The notes under the pieces were generated by a model that made no database searches, was not told the origin of the DNA, and was given only the letters and a program-made list of their open reading frames with translations. Both the position numbers and the translations under genes were made by a program. Shown in pieces: positions 25,001 to 37,000 of a stretch of DNA of 64,000 nt. The stretch comes from Squalus acanthias (lineage: Eukaryota), in contig CM059432.1 in NCBI GenBank assembly GCA_030390025.1, forward strand, positions 47,060,001-47,124,000. Reading direction: 5' to 3'. Each line of letters begins with the position of its first letter. Position 1 is the first letter of the stretch.

Positions 25001-28000
25001 CATTGAATTTATTTATTTTCTTCACATTTTAGAAAAAAGCTTTAATGGTAAATTGTTATTTTTAATCATGTGGCATCAGTTCATACTTAAACTTGAAGAT
25101 GAATATTTTCTATTTTTCTTTTTTCATATATTTCTTTTTTCTTCTTGCCCTGTTGATAATTTTTTTAGCTACATCAGCTGTTTCCTTTATGCGGAGAAAT
25201 CCCTTCTGATGATTGCTGAGCTTCCATACCCCACCAATGAATTTGAGCAAATATTTCAGATGTGCAACTATTTTTTAGGAGTTCTTATTCTTTCAGCCAT
25301 TCTTGGTCAGGTATACTTAACAACTTTGTTATTTTTATTAACGTCTTAAAATAATACTACCTTTTTTTCTTGAAAATGCTTAAGTTATTTTACCAGAAAG
25401 AAGCCTTTTGTGCCTGATTTTAATCTATTATTTTTGTTTTCAGTTCTTTATAAGCTGCTAGATTTCCAATTGATTTTTGGCCAGCTCAATTGCAAATCTC
25501 GAACTGAATAGTTAGCAAAATCTCCTTGATACCAAAATAAAAGACACGGAAAATACATTAAAAATACAAGATTTAGGACCTAATGGGCGAAATGGTGACA
25601 GGTACAACATAATATAGACAAGAATAAAATAGTAGTAATAAAAAAGTCACTTTTATATAGCAGCAACATGTTAAAACACTTTCATAGAACAATCACTAAC
25701 AATCACTATTAGAGTGCAGTGATTGTTGTTATGTAGACAAGTGCAACAGCAATATCCCACAAACAACAATATGAATGACCAGTTAATCTGTATTTTTTTG
25801 TATTTTGTTTATTTGTTCTTTGGAAGTGGCAAGACTACATTTTTATTGCCCATCCCTAGTTGCCCTGAGAAGGCGGAGGTGGGCCTTTCCCTTGGACTGT
25901 TGCAGTCCTGTGGTGATGGCGCTCCTACAGTGTTAATTATGCCTCATATTCCAGGATTTTGGCCAAGTGGCAATGAAAAAACAGCAATACATGTCTACTT
26001 CAGGATGGAGGACTCAGTGATGGTGGTGCCATTGAAGGTCAGAGTTAGGTGAGTGGGCCTTTTCTTTGGAGATGGTCATTGCCTGGCATTTGCATGGCAC
26101 AAATATTACCTGCACTTGTCAGCCCAGACCGGGATGTTATCCTGGTCCTGCTGTAGACTGGCATGGGCTGCTTCATTACTGAATGGAGCTGAACACTGTA
26201 GAATCATAAGTGAACAGTCCCACTCCTGACCTTATGACAGAGGGAAGGTCATTAATGAAGCAGTTGAACATGGTTAGGCTAAGGACACTTCCCTGAGGAA
26301 CTCCTGATGTCCTGGGGCTGCGAAGATTGGCCTCCAACAATCATGACCATCTTCCTTTGTGTCAAGTGTGACTCCAGTCACTGGAGGATTTTCCCTTGAT
26401 CCCTTTTGGCCTCTTTTTTGCTAGTGCTCCTTGAAGCCATACTAAGTCAAGCGCTGCCTTGATGTCAAGAGCAGTTACTCTCACCTCTCCTCTGGCATTC
26501 AGCTATTGTGTCGATGTCTGGATCAAGGCTATGATGAGGTCTGGAGCTGAGCAGTTCTGATGGAACTCAAATTAAGCGATAGTGAGCAGGTTATTGGTGA
26601 GTCGGTATTGTTTGATGGCACTGTTGATAACTCCTTCCATGGCTTTGCTGATGATTGGGAGGAGCCTGTTTGGGCAGTAATTGGCACATTAGCTTTATGT
26701 CGATAGAGTTTACTGGACAGTTTTCCACATTGTTGTTTAGATGCCAGTGTCATAGCTGCACTGGATAGTTTGGCTGAGTGGGGTGGGGACACTACACTGT
26801 ACCCAGTGCACTCAGTATGGAAATGGTTGAGGAGGAATATTGGCTAGAGCATTAGAAGAACTCTTACTTTTCTTTGAATAGTACTATGAAACTTTCACAA
26901 CTACCTCTGGTTAATAGTGTCTCCAAGAATGCAGCATTACCTTAATTTTCACCTCATTCCAGTGAATTTTTAAATGTATTGGCAGTTAGTAAATGTATTA
27001 GCCTCATCAAATTTTCTTGGAGATTTTGCTTTCTGTATACCCTTATCCAAATACCGATTGCAGTAGTCAACCTAGATTATGCACTCAAATCTAACCTTCT
27101 GAACCAAAGTTTACCATTTGAGCTAATCTATCATATAGTAATTAGTAAGGGAACCAAAGTAAGGAGTGCATGGGTAATTTTCCAACTTCATATTTCCAGT
27201 GAGTTACCAAGAGAGGCAAATTTAAAATTCAGGCACATGCTGCATATGCTTTTCCTACCATCCTGGCCACTGTCTAAGGCTGAACAAGACAGTTCACAAC
27301 CTCTGCGTCCAATTTAACCCCAAGCTGAGCTTCCGACCCCAAATCCTCTCCATCACCAAGACCACCTACTTTTACCTATGTAATATCGTCCATCTCCGCC
27401 CCGCTTCATCTCAACTGCTGCTGAAACCCTCAGCCATGCCTCTGTTATCTCCAGACTCAACTATTCCAATGCTCCCTGACCGACCTCACACCCTCTCTAA
27501 ACTTTAGCTCTGCTGCCTGTATCCTAACTCGCACCAAGTCCCATTCACCCCTCACCCCTGTGCTTGCTGATCTACATTGGCTCTCGGTCCGGCAATGCCT
27601 CGAATTTAAAATTCTCATCTTAGTGTTCAAATCCCTCCATGGCCTCGCCCCTCCATCCCTTTCTCTGTAACCTCCTCCAACCCTACAAACCTCCGAGAAC
27701 TCTGTGATACTCCAATTCTGGCATTTTGTGCATCCCCGATTTCCATCAGTCCAGCTTTGGCAGCCGTGCCTTCAGCTTCCTAGGCCCTAAGCTCTGGAAT
27801 TCCCTTCCTAAACCTCTCTGCCTCTCTTTCCTTCTTTAAGACACTCCTTAAAACCTACATTTTTGGCCAAGCTTTTGTTCACCTCTCCCTAATACCTCTT
27901 TATATGACTCGGTGTCAAATTTTGTCTGATAATGGGATGTTTTACTACATTAAAGGTGCTATATAAATGCAAATTTTTGTAGTTGTGCTTGGAACATTGT

Positions 28001-31000
28001 GGGCAGCACGTGTCAGAATTTCTGACATTCATTCTTGCAGGGTGAGGCTCCCCACTAGGGCCTCAAAGCCAGAAAAAAATGTTACTTGGAACAGTGATAA
28101 AATTTGCGAATTATGAAAGAGATCTCGTCGATCAATCAATTAAACCGTCAGCACAGTGCTTAACTGTAGTAAAAACTGGCAATTAAGGTAATGGTCTGCA
28201 TTAGTACAGATAGAGTATAAATCTAAAGAGGTTGTATTGTGCTGTATAAGACACGGATAAGATCCCCTCTGGACTACTGCATGAGCTTCTGATCATCTAT
28301 ATAAAAGAAGAATATTATTGCCCTTGACAGGGTACGGAGGTGAGCAATAAAGATGATTCAGGTATGAAAAATGTATTTTATGAGGAAAGATTTAGGAAAT
28401 TGGGCTTATTTTCCTTGACAACTTTAGGTTTTCACAATTATTATGAAAAATGCCTAATTTCATCCAGGCGAATTATTCATTATGGTGAAAGGTTCAAATA
28501 ACAGAGGACACAGGTTAAAAATTAAGAATAGGAAGGAAAGTCAGACACCAAAGGGGTAATAAATTTATGACTTAAATTACAAAGGAAAGCAGTTGAATTA
28601 TCAATGGATTTAAGAGACAATTGGATTTGTTTTATTCATTCATGGGATGTGGGCATCGCTGGCAAGGCCAGCATTTATTGCCCATCTCTAATTGCCCTTG
28701 AGAAGGTGGTAGTGAACCACCTTCTTGAACCTCTGCAGTCCGTGAGATGAAGGTACTCCCACAGCGCTGTTAGGGAGGGAGTTCCAGGATTTTGACCCAG
28801 CGACGATGAGGGAACAGCGTTATATTTCCAATTTCTGGAGAGAGAAGGGGTTGAGGGATATGGTGAAATGGTGGGTTGGTGAGGTTGAGCTATGAAAAAG
28901 GCATAGGGCTAAAAGTTAAGGTGTTTTACACCACCCGTTACCGGCATAATTTAGTGAAAACACAGCGGCCACCACACTTTCGTGAGCTGGTGGCGGGTTC
29001 CACAGCATCCGCCATTTTCCAAGGGCCAGCAGCACTACCGGTAAAACGATGGCCCTGCAAATGTAAATTAGGGAGAGGGTGATGTGCACACTGACTTGTA
29101 GGGGGTGGTGTGTGGGGTCAGCCTTCACCTCTGACTCAGTGAGCGGTTCGAATCGCTCCCACGCCCCTGGTTCTAGACTTTGGACTTATTTAGGGGTTGT
29201 GAACAAAGACGCAGTAGACAACAGGTTCTGATGAAAGAGTTTTGACTTTATTAAAAGAAAAAGGTAACAAACGTAAAACACACTTAATGCTTAAACACAG
29301 GTTGGGGAACACACGGTACAGGTGAGGGAGAATGACAATATGCAAAAACCCTTATCCCTCCCAATCCCACTGTCTAGCTAGGTTCCAATTTCAAAGAATC
29401 AGGGATAATGCTCACCAATGACAGTTCTTGACAGTTGAGGTATTTCATGATTTCGGGGTTCACTGAGGTTTTTGGTTGTTGGGACCTGCCGTACCCCGGA
29501 TGTGGTAGAAGACTCCAGCTGCACTCCAGGTCAGTTTGGGTTTGTCCGCTGATGCGGTAACGCGGTTATGGATTTTTCTGGTAAGTACCCACTTTTCTTT
29601 GATAGAAGTAGGGAAAGTAAAGTTTTTGTTGGATACTTTAGCTTGTAGGGTGGAAACTTCGGGTTTTGCTCTTCCAATGGTGGTCTGGTCGTTGAGTTTT
29701 GTTGCAGTTGGGGTCCGGTTGGTGGCCTTTGGTGTCGGCTCGGTCGCGGCAGCCTAGATCATTACCTGAGTGCTGGTTATCTGAAGGTCCTGGTGGTTGG
29801 TCGTTGCGCGGGGCCTTGGTCCCCACGATACTTTTAAATGGCGGTCTGCCTCATGGAGCCCTTGGTGGCTCTGGTAGTCGAGTGGTTGCGTTGGAGGCCT
29901 GTCGGGGGCGGTACCTCCTGGAGCTGGACCGTGGATTGAGCGATGCCAACTCGCTCCCAGCCTCCAGTGACCTTGGCTAGTGGCTGTTAGTGCTGGACCG
30001 TGTGCTGAGCGATGCCGACTCGCTCCCAGCTCGTGGTCTCAGTTCTAGACCTTGCCTGGCCTTGTCTGTACCTGCCTCCGATCTCGCCTCGGGTCTGCCT
30101 CGTGGCCTTGCTGCTTCTTTCCTCCTCCTGCTCGTGGCTTGTGGTGTCTTGCTGGAACTGGAACTGGAACTGAGCTGAGAGAGACTTTCTTGGGGGATTA
30201 GGCCCCCAATTATACTGTTCAGGCCCTTTGTCTTTTTCGCGCCCAAAACCCCTTTACTAAATCGGTTTCATTTAGGTTTCAGTTGAGGCCTGTTCATTCC
30301 ATTGTCTTAGTTTTGGCGGGCTTGTTAAGTTTTGATGACTTTAACTTGGTGTTAAATTGTCCTGATGGCTTCCGATGTCTCCCATTTAGGCAGGGCCTTT
30401 ATCTACGTGTCAAATCTTGACCCTATTGTCTTAGGTTTATTGGCGGGCTTGTAAATCTGTCCCTGTGGATACTTGGTTGATTGGTTTTTGATGAAGTAAT
30501 AGGTGTACTAGATGTTTCATTGTTTTCAGGCTTCTGGTATCCTGTTTGGGCCTGGGAATTTCAAAAGGGGTCTTGGATTATTCATATTTGGATGTGTGTG
30601 TGAGGTTTTGGGTTTGTCTCTTCCTCCTTGGTTGGACTGCAGTGTAAACAATTCCCAGACAGCTTGACTGGGCCCCAATACCCAAAGCTGTCCACTGCCT
30701 TGCCACACCCCTCCGCAGCCTGTCTTGTGTCTGTGAAAGGTGTCTTTCCCAACAGTAGGATTCAAAAGCCATTTTCCTCAGGGTTTTTCTTCCCTGATCT
30801 TTAAAATGTCCAAAACTGAGGTTTTTACCTCAAATCACTTCACTTAGGTCCCATCATCCCAAGTTTGTATGAAAAGTCCAAAAATCACTCCCTTAGGGTT
30901 CTGTTTGAGTTTCTGGGGGATTTTGCGAAGCTTACAGACTTAACGCCACCTCGGCAAACTTGGACCTTAGTGCTGAGTTCAGCGTTAGGTCCTAAGCTAG

Positions 31001-34000
31001 CCATGAAAACCCAGCATTCAGCAGACTGACAGAGGTGCTGTCACCACCTCTTAAAGCGACACACACATCTTTCAGGTAAGTTTGCATTTAAGCTTTTGGA
31101 GTGGATTTTTTTTTTATTTTATTGAAGTAGTGTCTTCCTACAAAAGTTTTTTAAGTGGGCAGGGAGTGCTGCTGGATGCTTGCAAGGCCTCAGATGGTAA
31201 AGGAAGGCCTCTGAGAAGACAGAAAATGCTGCAAATACTCAGCAGGTCAGGCAACATCCGTTGAGAGAGAAACAGAGTTCACGTCTCAGTTTGAGATGCT
31301 GTCTGACCTGCAGAGTATTTCAGATTTACAGCATCCATTTGCAGAGGGAAGAGGAAGACACAGAAGAGGAAGACGCAGAAGAGGAAGACGCCGCAGAGGA
31401 AGCCACAGAGGAGGAGGAAGCGGAAGGAAGGATGCAACCCAGACAGCGCCTTTCAAGCTGGGATATCTGGGATAGAATCATCCGCCTGCGGTACCGGTGA
31501 CCACAACCCCAATTCCACTTTCAGCATTTATCCCACACCTTACTTTCCCTCTGTTACTGACCATCACAGCATGCTTTTGGCCACAATGCTGAAATAAAAG
31601 CCACCACAAAGCAAACTTTCCAACCCAACTTTATACATCTATCCATCCAATATGACATCAAGAAATCAACTCATCACCCTTATGCATTCCCTTAGTGACT
31701 GTCATGTGTGAGCCTTTGCGTATCCTACTGATGTCACACAGTGCTACCCCAGTGGCTCTTCCTCCTCCTCCTCATCCTCCTCATCCTCACCCTCCTCGTC
31801 CTCTTCCCCTCCCTCCCCTGGCCATGGGCTCAGCCATTATCCTGCCAAGAATGGCCAGCACCGTTTCCTCCAAGGGCATGAGGAGAAACTAGGAATGGGA
31901 GATGTGCATCGTTTTTGATAGAGATTGTTGGTAGGTGAGTGATTGCGGTGGGGGAGTTGTGCATTGAGCAATGTGTGAGGCTAGTGATGCAGTTGGTATG
32001 AGACAACTTTTGAAGATGCATTCACTGACCTTGACCAGTGGTCTAAAGTCATGAAGCTTCTTTGGGCACTGGAGCCAGGTGGTGGGGGGCGACATTGCTG
32101 GCAGTGACAGCCTCGATGATGTGGTGCCACATCGTTCTTTCTGGAGGACCTCCTGGCCCCTGTGGGTACAGGACCTTTCTTGCAGTGTTAACTCCCTGTA
32201 CAAAGCTGGAGTGCTGCATGCGAGACCCTGGGTGGCCCTTCCCTGGCTTGCTAAGCCATTTGTGTTGGTGCTGAAGCACTCTTCCCCTTTTTTTTAGATG
32301 CGGAAGGGAATTCGGCTTTAAGAGCTGAAGATTCCCATTTGGGAATTTTTTTTCAAATGTAAATTTTTTTTTTCAGGACGCAGTTGAGCTTTAAGGGCTG
32401 AGATAACACATTTTTACATTGTTTTATTTTTATAATTTCAGAAGTCATTGCCCATTTCAGAACACGACACTGCATTGCCCTTTTAACATCCCACAATGCT
32501 TTGCGAAATCACAGCCTCGCTTTCAGAGGCTGTGCAAAGCTGCAATGCTACTTCTGGACACCACATTGGGGCCTGATGCCAGGGTGAACACCACCAGGAG
32601 GGTATTACACGGTCAGATTAGCGCTGGGCTAATAATCATTAGTCCCCTGTGCAAATTTTCACTCCTACCGGTGCCACCATTTTTGGCGGCCGTTAACCTG
32701 CGACTGCGGTGGCACTGGCAGGTTTCGTGTCACACTCGAATTTTTAGGCCATGGTCTATATAGGCCTAAATTTGCCAGCTTGGCTCAGTTGGTAGCACTC
32801 CACCCATAATCCAAGCTGATAACTCAGTACAGTTCGGAAGGAGTGCTGCGTTGTATGAGGTGCCATCTTTGATCTAAAATATTAAATTGAGGCCTTGACT
32901 GCCTGTTCATGTGGATGTAAAACATCCCATGACACTATTTAAAGAAAAGCAGGGAGTTCTCTAGCTCATTCAATCATCTCATTTGTTGTTTGTATGACTT
33001 TGTTGTGCATAAATTGGCTGCTGCACATAACATAACTGCACTTGAAAAATAATTAATTGGCTGTAAAGCACTTTGAAATTTCCAGAGAATGTGAAAGGCA
33101 CTCTGTAAATGCAAGTTCTGTCTTTTTTCAAATCCTTCTTGTTCTTAGAAATTTTAATGTTCTAACCAACAATGTACATTCTGAATTTTTCCCCTAATTT
33201 AAATATGGTTTCAACTGCTAAAAAATATTTGTGTTCTCCAGGTACCTGAGGTGTTACTATTGGGCAGTCCGCACTTTGATTACTATTGGTGGCATTCCCG
33301 AACCAGTCACTGTCTTTGAAATAATCTTTCAGGGGTGCAATTATTTCACAGGTGTCTTTGTGTTCTCCAGCTTACTTGGTCAGGTAAATGGATATGCCTC
33401 AGAATGGATCACTGTTCATTACAGTGTATTCATTGTATCACTTTTAAATTGTGCGTCAAGCCAAAGAATAAAAGCAAAGGCTGAGGCAAAGGTTTGAAGC
33501 AAGTATTGCTGAATCAAATACTAGTAAATAAAAAGTTGTGTACACTTTATTACACTATACTAGAAAACTCTGTTTCCCAAGTTTGACATGAGGTGGAATT
33601 GGTCTACAATTGACTATTTTTATTTTAAACCTTCAATAGTCCATAAGCATTGCATTACTCTGCAAAAACACTTAATGAAACTGCCAATGTTGAATTGATC
33701 TGTTAAACAATTCCTTTTCAGTGGGAGAAGGATATTCAACCCAAATAATACTAATGGAAGTCTTTTAAGATAATTGGTAAAAAAAACAGGGGGAGATGAG
33801 GAGAATTTTTTTACTCAGCAAGTTGTTATAATCTGGAATGCATTGCCTGAAAGGGTGAAGGAAGAGGATTCAATAGTAACTTTCAAAAGGGAAGCAGATA
33901 TATAATTTAAAAAACATTTTTGCAGGACTACGAGGAACGACCTAACCCTTCAGTTACACTTGCGATTTTAAGGCTCTCACCAGATACTTCTCTCATGCTC

Positions 34001-37000
34001 ATTACCAAAGACCACTCATGTATGTGTGTCCTCATTCCCTGTTAACTGGCATGTGACTTTATACATAGTAGTCTAGATTTCTGATTAATGCTATTTCAAC
34101 ACTGGTGTTGATTTATTTTAAATTGGTTACCACCAGCAATAAAATAACGCCGAACAGAAAATTTAGGCTCTAATATCTGGTAAGGTAGCTGTTATGATTC
34201 TGAACATTTACCTCAAAAACTTCATGCTCAGCAACAAAGACCAATTTTATAAGCAAGACATCAACAGGCGTCCAAAGGTAGCTCGCTAGCTTCTATACCT
34301 GTGAAGATCGGGCAGTCCAGAGGCCGCCTGTTCGGCACTTGGATAAGTTGCCAGATCAGGTTATGATATAGTGGTAAAACGGAGACATGGCTTAAACATG
34401 GGCAGGAGTGGGAAACATTCCTGGCTATAATGTATTCAAGAGAGCTAGGGAAGGAAAAAAGGCAGGAGCGGATGTGGCAGTATTGATCAAGGATAATATT
34501 ACATTTCTACAGAGGGACAATATAATAGAGGTTTCAAAGACTGAATCTATTTGGTTAGAGTTAAGGAACAGAAAAGGAGCTGTTACATTGCTGGATATTT
34601 ATTATAGACCCCCAAATAGTGAGAAGGAGATTGAGGAGCAAATCTGTAGGCAAATTTCAGAGAAATATAAAAATAATAGAGCAGTAATAATAGGGAACTT
34701 CAATTACCCTGATATAGACTGGGGGAAAAAACAGAGTAAAGAGCAAGGAGGGTGAAGAAATCCTAAAATGTGTACAGGAGAACTTCCTTAATCAGTATGT
34801 TTCTAGTCTAACAGGGAAGGAGGCAGTGCTGAATCTAGTTCTGGGGAATGAAGTAGGGAAGTGGAGTGTGTTGCAGTCGGAGAACATTTGGGTAATAGTG
34901 ATCATAATATAATAAAGTTTAAAGCAGTTATAGAAAAAGACATAAAAAATCAAAAGTGAAAATACCCAACTGGAAGAGAGCCAGTTTCTGTGATTTGAGA
35001 AGGGAGCTAGCACAGGAGGACTGGAAACAAAGATTGGATAGGAAAACAGTTAATGAGCAATGGCAGCCATTCAGGCCTGAGATACTTCAGGTACAAACCA
35101 AGCATATTCCCATAAGGAAGAAAGATGGGGCATCCAAAGCTAGAGCTCCCTGGATGACAAAGGAAATAGAGGTTAAAATAGAACAGAAAAAGAAGGTTTC
35201 TGACAAATGTCAGGTACAGAATACAGCAGAAAACCAAGCAGAATACAGAGAGTGCAGGGGGAAATTGAAAAAGGATACAAGAATGGCAAAGTGACAGTAT
35301 GAGAAAAGATTACCGGGTAACATAAAAGGAAATCCAAAAATCTTTTATCAACATATTAAAAAGTAAAAGGATAGTTAAAGGAATGGTGAGGCCGATTAGG
35401 GACAAAAAAGGAAATCTTCTTGTAGTGACAGAGGGCTTGACTTAGGTACTGAATGAGTATTTTGTATTTGTCTTCATAAAAGAAGAGGACGAAGTTAATG
35501 TTGCAGTAGAGGAGGGGGTGTCAAAATATTGGATAGGATGAAAATAGATAGAAAGGAGATACTAAATAGGTTGGCATCACTCAAAGTGAACAAGTCACCC
35601 GGTCCAGATGGGATGCATCCTAGGTTGCTGAAGGAAGCCAGGGTGGAGAGAGAAGGTCTGACCACAACCTTTCAATCATCCTTGGATATGGGAGTGGTGC
35701 CAGAGGACTGGTGGAATGTAAATGTTACATCCCTGTTCAAAATAGGGAGAAGGATAAACTTGGTAACTACAGGCCAATCAGTCTAACGTCAGTGGTGGGA
35801 AAACTGCGAGAGACCCTTGTCAAGGACAACATTACTTCTCACTTGGAAACGCATAGGTTAATAAGGGACAGCCAGCACAGATTTGTTAAAGACAAATCAT
35901 ATCTGACTAATCTGATTGAGTTATTTGATGAAGTGACAAAGAGGGTTGATGAAGGTAGTGCAGTAGATGTTGTATATATGGACTTTCAAAAGGCATTTGT
36001 TAAAGTACCACACAACAGACTTATTCAGAAAATAGAAGCACATGGGATTAAAGGGACGGTGGTAACTTGGGTATGTAATTGGCTAAAGAATCGGAGGCAG
36101 AGAGTAGTGGTGAACGGATGTTTTTCTGACTGGAGAGAAGTATGCAGTGGAGTCCCCCAGGGGTCGGTATTAGGACCACTGCTTTTCTTGTTATATATAA
36201 ATGACATGGACCTGTGTATAGGGACTATAATTTTGAAGTTTGTGGATGATACAAAACTTGGCAATGTAGTAAATAATGAACAGGATAGTAGCAGACTTCA
36301 GGAGGGCCTAGACAGACTGGTGAAATGGGCAGACACATGGCAGATACTGAGCATAAGTATGAATTGATGCACTTTGGGAGAAACAACATGGAGGGGCAGT
36401 ATAATCTAAATGGTAGTATTTTAAGGGGGGAGGGGTGCAAGAGCAGAGGGACCTGGGGTGCATATTCACAAATCCTTGAAGGTGGCAGGGCAAGTTGATA
36501 AGGCAGTTTAGAAAGCATATGGGATACTTGGCTTTGTAAATAGCGACATTGAATACAAAAACAAGAAGTTATGCTAAATCTTTACAAATCACTGGTTAGG
36601 CCTCAGTTGGAGTATTGTGAACAATTTTGGGTACCACACTTTAGGAAGGATGTCAAGGCCCTGAAGAGGGTGCAAAGGAGGTTTACCAGGACTATACCAT
36701 GAATGAGGAAGTTCAGTTATGTGGAGAGATTGAAGAAGCTGGGATTGTTCTCCTTAGAGCAGAGAAGGTTAAAGGGAAACCTAATAGAGGTATTCAAAAT
36801 TATGAGGGCTGACAAGTGGGTCGGTAACCAAAGATCATAGGTTTAAAATAATTGGCAAAAGAACTGGAGGGGAAATGAGGAGAAATGTCTTCACACAGAG
36901 GATCTGGAACGCATTGCCTGAAAGGGTGGTGGAATCAGATTCCACAGTAACTTTCAAAGGGCAATTAGACATGTATTTGAAGAGGACTAATTTGCAGGGT

